Position numbers and translations under genes: made by a program. DNA of 64,000 nucleotides, taken from NCBI GenBank assembly GCA_964468345.1, contig CAYXVZ010000024.1, forward strand, positions 2,632 through 66,631, read 5' to 3'. This stretch comes from an uncultured Heliobacteriaceae bacterium (GTDB lineage: Bacteria; Acidobacteriota; Blastocatellia; RBC074). The notes beneath the pieces were generated by a model. That model was not told the origin of the DNA. It did no database searches and worked only from the letters and a program-made list of their open reading frames with translations. This document shows positions 50,119 to 59,196 of the stretch, piece by piece. How positions within the stretch are numbered: the stretch's first letter is position 1; every line of letters begins with the position of its first letter.

Positions 50119-50153
50119 TAAAAAAGAAACGGGGCGGTTCGAAAACCACCCCG
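50119..50153 (-). terminator. Rho-independent terminator of phoX (minus strand)
   Basis: Minus strand reads ggggtggttttcgaaccgcccc (GC-rich hairpin) followed by gtttcttttttagg, directly 3' of the phoX stop. Confidence 0.55.
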
Positions 50154-50195
50154 ATAAGGAACCACCAATGGCAGCAAGACTCGAAAGGGACGCAA

Positions 50196-52145
50196 TCAGC
50201 GCCCGATGATGCGGGAGCCGGCCGTGTTTTCAACCACAATGACGGTCGGCCGCGGAACATCGCCATCCGGGAATCGGCTGGTCGGATTGCTGAGCAAACT
50301 TCCCTCGGCCGGGTGCTGGATGGAAGCGAAGAGGAAAAGATCATTCGGCCCGAAGGCGAGACTGGCGACTTCGCCGCCGGGAACGCCGCTCAGCAACTGT
50401 CGCGCATAACCGCGTTCCGGGCCCGCCGTCGGCACGGCATAGATGCCGTCATTTCTGCGGAAGGTGTTGATCTGTCCATCCGTCGCAATCCACAGGTTGC
50501 CGAAACGATCGAAGGTAATATTGTCCGGGGAGGAAATCGCGCTGACCGGCCCTGTCCAACCTGCCCAGTATGTGCCTTCCGTCGCCACCGCGGGATCGCC
50601 GCAGAGCATGAAGATCTCCCATTTGAACGTCGTCGAGGTCGGATCGTTTTTGTCTTCGGTCAATTCGATGATGTGTCCGTGGCGGTTGTTTGCGCGCGGA
50701 TTGGCTTTGTTCACGGCATTGGCGCCCGTGGCCGCGCGCTGCGTGTTGTTCGTCATCACGCAATAAACCTTGCCGTTGACCGGATTGGTTTCGATGTCTT
50801 CCGGGCGATCCATTCTGGTCGCACCCACTGCATCCCCCGCAAGGCGCGTGTTGATGCAGATCTCTGCTTGGGTCCAGTTCGCCAGCGCTCCTTGCCCGGC
50901 GACCAGCGGAATCCAGGCGCCGGTTCCATCGTCGTTGAACTTCGCGACATAAAGCGTCCCCTCATCGAGCAGGTCGCCGTTGGCCGCGCCCTTCGTCTGA
51001 TCGTACTGGCCCTTCGTTACAAACTTGTACATGTAATCGAAGCGCTGGTCATCTCCCGAATAAGCCACCACGCGCTGATCGGGAGCGATGACAAAGGTTG
51101 CGGCTTCGTGTTTGAAACGGCCGAGCGCGGTCCGCTTTTTGGGCGGCGTGTTCGGATTGAAAGGATCGATCTCGACCGCATAGCCGAAACGGAACGCTTC
51201 GTTCGGCTCTTTCGAAATGTCGAAGCGGTCATAAAAGTCTTCCCAGCGGCGTTCGCTCGATCCATTGGGAAGGCCATAGCGGGCCAGCATCGCGCGGCGG
51301 CGATCGGTCGTGGGCAACTGTCCGAGATTCGCAAAGTATTGATCGAAGTTTTCCTCGCAGGTGACGATCGTATTCCAGGGGGTGACGCCGCCGCCGCAGT
51401 TGTTAAGCATCCCGCGAACGCGCGTGCCCGTCGGATCATACGAGGTCTTGAGCAGGTCGTTACCGGCCGCGGGGCCCGTAATCCAGCAAACTGTTTCGCC
51501 CGTTATGCGGCGGTTGAATCGCGAGAAGATATCGATGGCCCATTCTCCGCCCGTTTCGAAAAATCCGCGGCGACGACGGCGATCGAGCTGCACGATGGAC
51601 CCGCCGTGCGCGGCCAGTTCGATGGCGACCTGCTCGGCCGTCGGTTTGCCGGGCACATATCCCGGGAACATCAGTTCCGGATTTGTATATTCATGGTTGA
51701 CCCACATCAGGCCCGTTTCATCCCGACGCAGGCGCGAGAAGGGATTGGTCGGGAATTCCAGGAAATACAAAAAGTCGCAGTTGTAACCGAACTGCCGGTT
51801 CTGCGCGGAGGCCGATTGCGTACTGATATTGAAGGCGGGCGCGCCCGCAAAGATCGGATCGCCCCATCGCAGCAGCGGCCGCGCCGCATAGCCGGGCGAA
51901 AGCGTGATCTTGTCGGTCGAATCGAGCGAAATCGGCGTGAACGTAATCGGTCCCGTGGACGCCGCCTGCGCCGCATTTGCCTCGATCGTACTTATCGCGT
52001 CGATCACCAGCATCGACGCGGAAACCGCCGCTCCCTTGAGGAACTCCCTGCGCGCCAATCGACGCGTCATGACTTCTTGAAATGTGTCGTTGTGTGACCC
52101 GTTGTCGATTGCATTGTCACTCTTGTCTTCTTTTGAAATGCGCAT
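50196..52145 (-). CDS. phoX: Alkaline phosphatase PhoX (DUF839 beta-propeller phosphatase), Tat-secreted
   Basis: Twin-arginine signal TRRLARREFLKGAAVSASML. PhoX core NNCGGGVTPWNTIVTCEENF. AAGGAG Shine-Dalgarno before the ATG at 52145. An alternative start MTRRL at 52070 would give a canonical short Tat n-region. Confidence 0.85.
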   Translation of the reverse strand: MRISKEDKSDNAIDNGSHNDTFQEVMTRRLARREFLKGAAVSASMLVIDAISTIEANAAQAASTGPITFTPISLDSTDKITLSPGYAARPLLRWGDPIFAGAPAFNISTQSASAQNRQFGYNCDFLYFLEFPTNPFSRLRRDETGLMWVNHEYTNPELMFPGYVPGKPTAEQVAIELAAHGGSIVQLDRRRRRGFFETGGEWAIDIFSRFNRRITGETVCWITGPAAGNDLLKTSYDPTGTRVRGMLNNCGGGVTPWNTIVTCEENFDQYFANLGQLPTTDRRRAMLARYGLPNGSSERRWEDFYDRFDISKEPNEAFRFGYAVEIDPFNPNTPPKKRTALGRFKHEAATFVIAPDQRVVAYSGDDQRFDYMYKFVTKGQYDQTKGAANGDLLDEGTLYVAKFNDDGTGAWIPLVAGQGALANWTQAEICINTRLAGDAVGATRMDRPEDIETNPVNGKVYCVMTNNTQRAATGANAVNKANPRANNRHGHIIELTEDKNDPTSTTFKWEIFMLCGDPAVATEGTYWAGWTGPVSAISSPDNITFDRFGNLWIATDGQINTFRRNDGIYAVPTAGPERGYARQLLSGVPGGEVASLAFGPNDLFLFASIQHPAEGSLLSNPTSRFPDGDVPRPTVIVVENTAGSRIIGR

Positions 52146-52312
52146 CCCTAACTCCTTGATTGTATTTCGATGGTGAAAACGCCAGGAGAGATTCGTCCTG
52201 GATATCCGCTACCCAGTGATGGACGATATTCCTATCGGCAAATTGCAAAGGATTGATTGGCGCAGTGTAGAGAAGGGGAATTAAATGCAGGTCAGCAGAG
52301 TGTCAAGTTAGT

Positions 52313-52462
52313 TTTAAATCAGAACAGGCAAGAAAGGCGCAACCCCGAAGAAACGAAGAGCACGAAGAAAGATTGAAGGCATACTGTATGCGTCTTTCTT
52401 CGTGCTCTTCGTTTCTTCGGGGTAAAAACTTTGTCCGAAACTTGTTTGCACTGATTTAAATC
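52313..52462. repeat. MITE/REP-like repeat family A copy 7 (most complete; TTAA-flanked)
   Basis: ttttaaatcagaacaggcaagaaaggcgcaaccccgaagaaacgaagagcacgaagaaag ... ctttcttcgtgctcttcgtttcttcggggtaaaaactttgtccgaaacttgtttgcactgatttaaatc. Confidence 0.7.
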
Positions 52463-52599
52463 TTACTGCGGACGCGAATTCGCTTAATAACAATTTAGCA
52501 AATCCCTCAAGGCAATTTATTCCTGAATTGAAGCCTGCATTACACAACGCAGGTACGCTCAGCTTCACCCATAAAAACATCGTCAGGAGGAAGTAGCGG

Positions 52600-53748
52600 A
52601 TGAAATCACCCCGAACGCGGGTACACGTGTATGAACGCGGCATCCAGATTTCACGCGGTCCCCGATCTGTTGCCTCGCTGCATTGTCACACCCATCACTC
52701 AAAGGAATTACTGAACTTCATTCCCCATTATGCGGGCCGATTGCCGGTCATCTCGCGGATGTTTGCGGAAGAGATGACGCGATACCGCGCAATGAATGGA
52801 AAAACGATCGACTTCGAAAAAGCCTGGTGGACGCCGCCTGTCTCGCCGCGACAGGTGCTGGAAGTCGAGACCGCGCAGATCGCCCGTGAATTCGGGCTGC
52901 CGGCGCTGGTTTCGATCACGGATCACGACGAAATCGAAGCCGGCCTGAATATGCAGGTAATCGATCCGACATGCGGAATCCCGATTTCCATGGAATGGAC
53001 CGTTCCCTATGGGCGTGCCAATTTTCATCTCGGCATTCATAACCTGCCCCGGGATTCTGCCGTCGAACTTACGCGGGAAATGCTCAGATACACACGACGG
53101 GATCCGGAGGCGATGACGCTGGACGCACTGTTCGCCGCGCTCAATGATTCGCCCGGAACGCTGATCATCCTGAACCATCCTTTCTGGGATCTCGAAATGG
53201 TCGGCGCCGACATTCACGAACAGATGCTGGGCGCGTTTCTGGCGGAGCACGTGGAGTCGATTCATGCGTTCGAGATCAACGGCTTCCGTTCCTGGGCTGA
53301 AAACAAAGCGGTGCTGGAACTGGGAAAGGCATACGAACTGCCGGTCGTCACGGGCGGAGACCGCCACGGCTGCCGGCCGAATACGCTGCTGAATCTGACG
53401 CGCGCCACATCATTTGAAGAACTGGTGGCGGAGATTCGCTGCGATCGCCGGAGCGAAGTGCTGTTGATGCCCGAGTACCGCGAGTCTCGTCTTGCGCGAA
53501 CGATCGAGGCCGTGGCGGACGTTCTGCGGCCGTATCCGGGACATCCGCTCAATCGACCGCTCTGGACCGATCGCATCTTCGTCGATTTGGACGGCAATGG
53601 CCCGCGCGCATTGAGCGCGTATTGGAAACGCGGCGGTCCCGTCTGGGTGCGGGCCGCATTGTGGGGCATTCGCGTGTTGGGCAGTCGCAATATGAACACG
53701 GCTTTGAAACTGGCGCTGGCCGACGAAAGGGTGAGTTATGAAAGCTGA
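52600..53748 (+). CDS. PHP-domain (polymerase/histidinol-phosphatase-like) metal-dependent phosphoesterase
   Basis: N-terminal PHP motif LHCHTHHS (HxH), further His/Asp/Glu metal ligands (SITDHDEIEAG, HAFEINGF, TGGDRHG). First gene of a plus-strand operon with two GT4 genes. Confidence 0.65.
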   Translation: MKSPRTRVHVYERGIQISRGPRSVASLHCHTHHSKELLNFIPHYAGRLPVISRMFAEEMTRYRAMNGKTIDFEKAWWTPPVSPRQVLEVETAQIAREFGLPALVSITDHDEIEAGLNMQVIDPTCGIPISMEWTVPYGRANFHLGIHNLPRDSAVELTREMLRYTRRDPEAMTLDALFAALNDSPGTLIILNHPFWDLEMVGADIHEQMLGAFLAEHVESIHAFEINGFRSWAENKAVLELGKAYELPVVTGGDRHGCRPNTLLNLTRATSFEELVAEIRCDRRSEVLLMPEYRESRLARTIEAVADVLRPYPGHPLNRPLWTDRIFVDLDGNGPRALSAYWKRGGPVWVRAALWGIRVLGSRNMNTALKLALADERVSYES

Positions 53749-54976
53749 ACCCCGCATCGCTTTTTTCACCGATTCCTTTCTGGAACTCAATGGCGTGGCG
53801 CGCACGAGCCGAATGCTGACTGGATTTGCGCAGCGGCACGAACGGCCGATGCTGGTTGTTCACGCCGGGCCGGAGACTTCCCTTTATACAGAGGGCAGCG
53901 TGCAGCGCCTGGCGCTCAAACGCGGATCGGTTCGGATAGCGATCGATTCCGACTTGAGCTTCGACCTGTTGCTGTGGCGCTATGCCGCCAAAGTCATTCA
54001 CGCGTTGCGTTCATTCGGCGCTGAGGCGGTTCACATCACGGGGCCGAGCGATGTCGGTTTGCTTGGCGCCTATGCCGCGCACAAGCTTCGCCTGCCGCTC
54101 GTGATTTCCTGGCACACGAATGTTCATCAATATGCTGGCCGGCGACTCGGCGCGATGCTCCGGCTCTTTCCTTCGGGATGGCGCGAAGCAGCGGCCGCGC
54201 GCGCGGAAAGCGCGACGCTGCGATTGCTGTTGCGATTATACGGGCTCGGGCGGGTGCTGCTTGCGCCGAATGACGAACTCGCGGACATGCTCCGGGAAGC
54301 CTGCGATCGGCCTGTATTCCTTATGCGGCGCGGCGTCGACATGGAATTATTTTCGCCGGTCAAACGGCTGCGCAGCGATACGGTGTTCACGCTCGGATAT
54401 GTCGGGCGACTGACGCCGGAGAAAAACGTTCGGCTGCTCGCGCGGCTCGAACAGGGAATGCGGGCACGCGGTTGCAATGAGATCCGCATGGTCGTGGTCG
54501 GCGCCGGCAGCGAGCGCGAATGGCTGGAGGCGGAAATGCCGCGGGCTGAATTCACCGGGGCGTTGATCGGTGAATCGCTGGCACAGGCCTATGCGAATTT
54601 CGATGTCTTCGTTTTTCCCTCGCGGACAGACACGTTCGGGAATGTCGTGCTGGAGTCGCTGGCCTCGGGCGTGCCGGCCGTCGTCAGCGATTGCGGCGGG
54701 CCGAAGCATATCATTCGAGACGGCGTCAGCGGGCTCGTCGCGCGGAGCGAGGATGAGTTCATCGATGCGCTGTTGCGCTTGAAAAATGATGGAGAACTCC
54801 ACGCGCGAATGCGGAAAGATGCGCGCGATCTGGCCTGCGCGGCTTCCTGGGATTCAGTGTTTGAGGTTCTTTATGACGCCTATGCACTATGTCTGGAGCC
54901 GAATCAGACCAGATCCCATGCCGCCGTCGAGCCGATTGCTAACTTGCAACAGATCAATCCCAATGCAATCCATTGA
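53738..54976 (+). CDS. Glycosyltransferase family 4 (GT-B fold)
   Basis: GT4 C-terminal motif FPSRTDTFGNVVLESLASGVPAVVSDCGGPKHII (E-x7-E region). 11-nt overlap with the PHP gene. Confidence 0.8.
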   Translation: MKAEPRIAFFTDSFLELNGVARTSRMLTGFAQRHERPMLVVHAGPETSLYTEGSVQRLALKRGSVRIAIDSDLSFDLLLWRYAAKVIHALRSFGAEAVHITGPSDVGLLGAYAAHKLRLPLVISWHTNVHQYAGRRLGAMLRLFPSGWREAAAARAESATLRLLLRLYGLGRVLLAPNDELADMLREACDRPVFLMRRGVDMELFSPVKRLRSDTVFTLGYVGRLTPEKNVRLLARLEQGMRARGCNEIRMVVVGAGSEREWLEAEMPRAEFTGALIGESLAQAYANFDVFVFPSRTDTFGNVVLESLASGVPAVVSDCGGPKHIIRDGVSGLVARSEDEFIDALLRLKNDGELHARMRKDARDLACAASWDSVFEVLYDAYALCLEPNQTRSHAAVEPIANLQQINPNAIH

Positions 54977-55529
54977 ATCGAGCAATGAATCGCAAACAGT
55001 CGGCGCCACGCTTTCAGCGCTGGTGCATCATCCCGCGAAAAATCTATTGCGCCGCTGGAACTGGAAGGCCGCCATTTTAAGCGCCCTCGTTCGCGGCACA
55101 TTGTTTTTCACGACCAATCTTCGCTCGGGCCTCGATGAGGCGATCGGGGCGATGCTGCTGGAAGCGGCTTTTTATATTTCCGTCGCGGGATTCTATGGCG
55201 CACTGATCGAATCCTTTCGCCGGGTTCGTCCCGAATGGATGGCGACTCTGACCGTAATGGGCTTGCTGCCCGCCATCAATCATTCGCTGGAACTCGCCCT
55301 TCACGCGATTGCCGGCACGGAACAATTGACCCTCAGCATCCTGGCGTCGGTGCTGTTTTCGATGTTCTCCGCGGCCTTCAATCTGTTTGCAATGCGCCGC
55401 GGCGCGCTGATCATCGGTGAAGAGCGTAGCTCCTTGTTTTCGGATCTGCTTCGCCTGCCCGGCCTGCTTCTGGAGTTTATGCTTGCGATCCCGCGGATGC
55501 TGCTTGGGAAAGAAGAAAAAGAAGGCTAG
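54963..55529 (+). CDS. Small integral membrane protein of unknown function
   Basis: Internal ATG at 54963 (MQSIESS), about 4 hydrophobic helices, 14-nt overlap with the upstream GT4 gene. The ORF's upstream 59-aa extension overlaps the GT4 gene in another frame and is rejected. Confidence 0.4.
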   Translation: MQSIESSNESQTVGATLSALVHHPAKNLLRRWNWKAAILSALVRGTLFFTTNLRSGLDEAIGAMLLEAAFYISVAGFYGALIESFRRVRPEWMATLTVMGLLPAINHSLELALHAIAGTEQLTLSILASVLFSMFSAAFNLFAMRRGALIIGEERSSLFSDLLRLPGLLLEFMLAIPRMLLGKEEKEG

Positions 55530-55547
55530 CAGAGCCAGGCGGATTGG

Positions 55548-55600
55548 GGAATTCACGAAGAAGTCAAAAGGCAAAAGGCAAATATCAAAAGGCAAAAAGA
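55548..55600. repeat. Repeat family C partial copy (cacgaagaagtcaaaaggcaaaaggcaaatatcaaaaggcaaaaag)
   Basis: Shares the acgaaga.(a/g)tcaaaaggcaaaaggcaaa core with 2574..2672. Confidence 0.5.
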
Positions 55601-55649
55601 CCGCGTATGAATTCCAGATTGCGCGATGCGGGCGTATTTTGGCTTTTTG

Positions 55650-55730
55650 AGATCAGCCCCGTTCCACGGGGCTTCCCCGCAGGGCTATTAGCCCGGCGCT
55701 TCCAGCGCCGGGCTTCCAGCGCCGGACAGA
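55650..55730. repeat. Cluster of three consecutive GC-rich hairpins (REP/BIME-like)
   Basis: agccccgttccacggggct; gggctattagccc; gcccggcgcttccagcgccgggc plus a direct repeat cttccagcgccgg x2. May act as a terminator or mRNA stabiliser between the small membrane gene and the second GT4 gene. Confidence 0.45.
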
Positions 55731-55743
55731 GAGAGTTTCCTGG

Positions 55744-57027
55744 ATGCCCATCAAGACGGTTCATATCACGAACGCATATCACCCAAGTTCCGGCGGGATC
55801 AGTACGTTTTACCGTGCCCTTTTTGCCGAAGCCAATCGGCAGGGACGGTTGATGCGGCTGATCGTGCCGGGCGATCGAACCTGGACCGAAGAAGTTGGCC
55901 CATTCGGTCGCATCTATCATTTGGTCGCGCCGCGAGCGCCGATTTTCGACCGTCGGTATCAATTGTTGTTGCCGACGTCGTATCTGCCGGGATTGGGCGG
56001 CACGCTGATGCAGATTCTTCGCGATGAGCGCCCGGAGGTGATCGAGGTCTGCGATAAATATTCGCTTTCTTGGTTGGCGGGGGTCTGGCGACGCGGCTGG
56101 ATGGCGGCGAAATACCGGCCCGTGTTGATTGGCATGAACTGCGAACGAATGGATGACAACCTTGCGGCTTTCTTGACGCGCGGAGAAGGGGGACGGCGAT
56201 GGGCACGGTACTATCTCGGCAATCTCTATCTGCCGTTGTTCGATTGTCACATTGCAAACTCGGAATACACCGCGACGGAATTGCGCGAGGCGATGAATCC
56301 GCGCCACCCGCGGGATCTGCATGTGCTGCCGATGGGGGCGGAGGTCGATGCATTCCGCGCGGCGACTCGATCTACGGCTTCCCGCAATCGGCTGCTGGCG
56401 CGTGCGCGCGGCGACGAGAATACGCGCTTGCTGCTTTATGCCGGACGCCTCTCGCCGGAGAAAAATCTCTCGCTGCTCATCGATATGATGGAGCGGTTGC
56501 CGGCGGAAATATACAGATTGATCGTCGCCGGGGCGGGGCCTTCCATGGAGGAGTTTGCCGAAGAGGCGCGCGCTCGCGTCCCAGACCGTGTTCTGATGCT
56601 GGGGCACGTGAGCAACCGCGAATCGTTGATCGAATTGTATGCGAACTGCGATGCGTTCATTCATCCAAATCCGCGCGAGCCTTTCGGAATCGCGCCGTTG
56701 GAAGCCATGGCCGCCGGCCTGCCGCTGGTGGCGCCGCGTTCAGGCGGCGTTCTCACTTATGCGAATGATAACAATGCCTGGCTGGCCGCGGCCGATGGAG
56801 AACGTTTTGCCGCGGCCGTGACCGCCGCCTTTTCCGGCGAGGCCCTGCGAAACAATAAGCTGGCTTGCGCCGCCGAGACCGCAGATCAATATGCCTGGCC
56901 AAAGGTTTCGCGCCGCTTTTTCGATTTATACGATGCCCTGCATTCATCATTTCCGCGGTCGCGTTTTGCGAATGGATGGCAGACCTCCGAATCTTATTAC
57001 TACAACGAACAATCATCATCTTCATAA
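55744..57027 (+). CDS. Glycosyltransferase family 4 (GT-B fold), second copy
   Basis: HITNAYHPSSGGISTF N-terminal GT4 motif. C-terminal HPNPREPFGIAPLEAMAAGLPLVAPRSGGV motif. Confidence 0.8.
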   Translation: MPIKTVHITNAYHPSSGGISTFYRALFAEANRQGRLMRLIVPGDRTWTEEVGPFGRIYHLVAPRAPIFDRRYQLLLPTSYLPGLGGTLMQILRDERPEVIEVCDKYSLSWLAGVWRRGWMAAKYRPVLIGMNCERMDDNLAAFLTRGEGGRRWARYYLGNLYLPLFDCHIANSEYTATELREAMNPRHPRDLHVLPMGAEVDAFRAATRSTASRNRLLARARGDENTRLLLYAGRLSPEKNLSLLIDMMERLPAEIYRLIVAGAGPSMEEFAEEARARVPDRVLMLGHVSNRESLIELYANCDAFIHPNPREPFGIAPLEAMAAGLPLVAPRSGGVLTYANDNNAWLAAADGERFAAAVTAAFSGEALRNNKLACAAETADQYAWPKVSRRFFDLYDALHSSFPRSRFANGWQTSESYYYNEQSSSS

Positions 57028-57030
57028 ACC

Positions 57031-58140
57031 ATGAACGAACATCTGGTCACAGCAAATCTGATGCATCATCCCGGCCGCACTTTCGCAAGCATCGCCGGGG
57101 TGGCCCTGGGCGTGCTGCTCGTCACCATGACCTTTGGCCTTGTCCGCGGCATGTTGCGCGATCGCGGCCAGCGCGACACCAATGCAGGCGTCGAGTTGAT
57201 GGTCAGCGAAAGCGGGCAGGCGGGACTTTCCGTTGTTTCCCTGCCGGTTACGATGCCGTTGTCGTGGGGCGAGCAACTCCGCGAAATTCCGGGCGTTCGC
57301 GCGGTGACGCCGGTTGCCCAATATCTCGAAATGAAAGGGGAGGGCGGCATCGGGCTTCGCCAGATCGATGGCGTTGATTTTGCGAGTTATGCCGCCGCAA
57401 CAAAAATTCGTATCGCCACGGGCGAGAGCTTGCCGGATCATGGCGATGCCCTGATTGTCGACGTCAAGTATGCCGCGGGGCATCGAACGCGAACGGGAGA
57501 CAAAATCAATTTGCTCGGGCGGGATTTCACGGTGGCGGGAATCTATGAGCCTGAAACCGGCGCGCGCATGATGATTCCCATTCGCACGCTGCAGGAATCG
57601 CTCAACGCCGACGGCAAGTGCTCGATGTTTCTGATCAAGGTCGAGAACCCCGCCGAACAGGACCAGGTTGCACAACGAATCGGCATGCGTTTTCCGGCGT
57701 TGCGCATTGTCTTCACCCGCGATCTGCCGGTCCTGTTCGCGGAAGGGTATTCCGGGCTCAATCTTTTTCTCAATGTTGTCGCTGGTCTGGCGGCCTTCAT
57801 CAGTTTGCTGATCGTCTCCATCACGATGTACTCGTCAGTCATGGAGCGCACGCATCAGATCGGCATTTTGAAATCCCTGGGCGCTTCGCGAAAGTTCATC
57901 GCATCCATCTTTATTCAGGAATCGCTGTTGATCACGGCTGGCGGGGTCGTCGGTGGTATCGCAATCACCCTGCTTGCAAAACTGCTGCTCGGCCAGTTCG
58001 GCCAAACGAAGATGGTGCTCGATTTCGAATCCGTTTGGCAGGCAACGCTCGGCGGTTTGCTCAGCGGATTGCTCGGCGCGCTTTATCCCGCCTTACGCGC
58101 CGCCAGTCTCGATGCCGTGGATGCAATCAACCACGACTGA
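57031..58140 (+). CDS. ABC transporter permease, FtsX/MacB-like (4 TM with a periplasmic domain). No adjacent ATPase.
   Basis: N-terminal TM, a large extracytoplasmic domain, then the C-terminal FtsX-like block ILKSLGASRKFIASIFIQESLLITAGGVVGGIAITLLAKLLLG. 4-nt gap after the GT4 gene. Confidence 0.72.
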   Translation: MNEHLVTANLMHHPGRTFASIAGVALGVLLVTMTFGLVRGMLRDRGQRDTNAGVELMVSESGQAGLSVVSLPVTMPLSWGEQLREIPGVRAVTPVAQYLEMKGEGGIGLRQIDGVDFASYAAATKIRIATGESLPDHGDALIVDVKYAAGHRTRTGDKINLLGRDFTVAGIYEPETGARMMIPIRTLQESLNADGKCSMFLIKVENPAEQDQVAQRIGMRFPALRIVFTRDLPVLFAEGYSGLNLFLNVVAGLAAFISLLIVSITMYSSVMERTHQIGILKSLGASRKFIASIFIQESLLITAGGVVGGIAITLLAKLLLGQFGQTKMVLDFESVWQATLGGLLSGLLGALYPALRAASLDAVDAINHD

Positions 58141-58169
58141 CGCGAAATGAGAGAGCCGCTGGATTGAAT

Positions 58170-59108
58170 TCATGGCGCGATCTTCAGCGGCACCTGCACA
58201 AGGGTGTGATCGCCGCGATTGCCGGCGACGAAATAGACCGTCTGGGGCAGGGGATCGCTCTGCACCAGCTTACGCCGCCCTTCGCCCGCCTCTTTTTCGG
58301 TCCGGGTCCATGCGAGCCCCGCGCCGCCCGCGAGTTCTCTGCGTTCCGTGCGTCCGCCCCATTCCTGTTCCCATCGGGCGACCATCGTTGGATTGAGTTC
58401 CGCCGGCGCGTCCGGCGGGCCGGGACGCACATTCAGCGGGGTTGGCGTCACGATAATCGTGAGCAGTTCGCTGATCTGATCGGAACGATTTCGCTGAATA
58501 TGAAAATAGGGATTCGGATCGCCCTGCGCGGGAACGTAGATGATTTTGCCCGCTGCCACCTGATTGCCGCCGGCCGGCGTCGAACGCGAGGGAAAAATCA
58601 GATAGGGCTCGCTCATACTGCCATCCGCATAGACCTCACGATCGATGACATATAAATAGCCCTGCTTTTCGCGCGGGACTTCAATGCCGATGCGAACAAG
58701 TTGATTGGGCGTGAAGGCCGTATCCGCGAAGACGCGCTCGGCAATCAGGCTGTTCATGTTTCCATTCGGCTGGCGGACCTGAATCAAGGGCAGGTCCTTG
58801 CGATTCTGGGAACTGTTTTCCGCCAGGCGCCATAAGGTCACGCCAACCAGGTCGCCCGGCAATTTTCGCAATGCCGCGGCCGTGGTCAGTGTGGACTGCG
58901 ACGGCATTGGTTTTCCCGTTTTCGCGCCCTTGCCTGTGCGACCTTTGGCCGCGACCGTTTCATTTTTCTGCCGGGCCTCGAGGAATTTCTTGTTCCAGAT
59001 CCGGCGCAGGTCGTCTTCTTCCTGCGGCAAGGCCGCCGCGGGGCGCGGAGAAGAGACGAACAGGAGCAATAAGCAGAAGAGGATGACACTCGATAATTTG
59101 GTTTTCAT
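58170..59108 (-). CDS. Secreted hypothetical protein
   Basis: Signal peptide MKTKLSSVILFCLLLLFVSSPRPAAA. No recognised domain. ATG at 59108; the ORF's 28-aa extension is rejected. Confidence 0.45.
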   Translation of the reverse strand: MKTKLSSVILFCLLLLFVSSPRPAAALPQEEDDLRRIWNKKFLEARQKNETVAAKGRTGKGAKTGKPMPSQSTLTTAAALRKLPGDLVGVTLWRLAENSSQNRKDLPLIQVRQPNGNMNSLIAERVFADTAFTPNQLVRIGIEVPREKQGYLYVIDREVYADGSMSEPYLIFPSRSTPAGGNQVAAGKIIYVPAQGDPNPYFHIQRNRSDQISELLTIIVTPTPLNVRPGPPDAPAELNPTMVARWEQEWGGRTERRELAGGAGLAWTRTEKEAGEGRRKLVQSDPLPQTVYFVAGNRGDHTLVQVPLKIAP

Positions 59109-59196
59109 AGCGTGTTCCCTTTGATCCGCGCGTGAACGCACGCGGCCTTCATCTGGGGAAAGCGGATTTCCGGAATCAATCTGCCAACACAATAAA

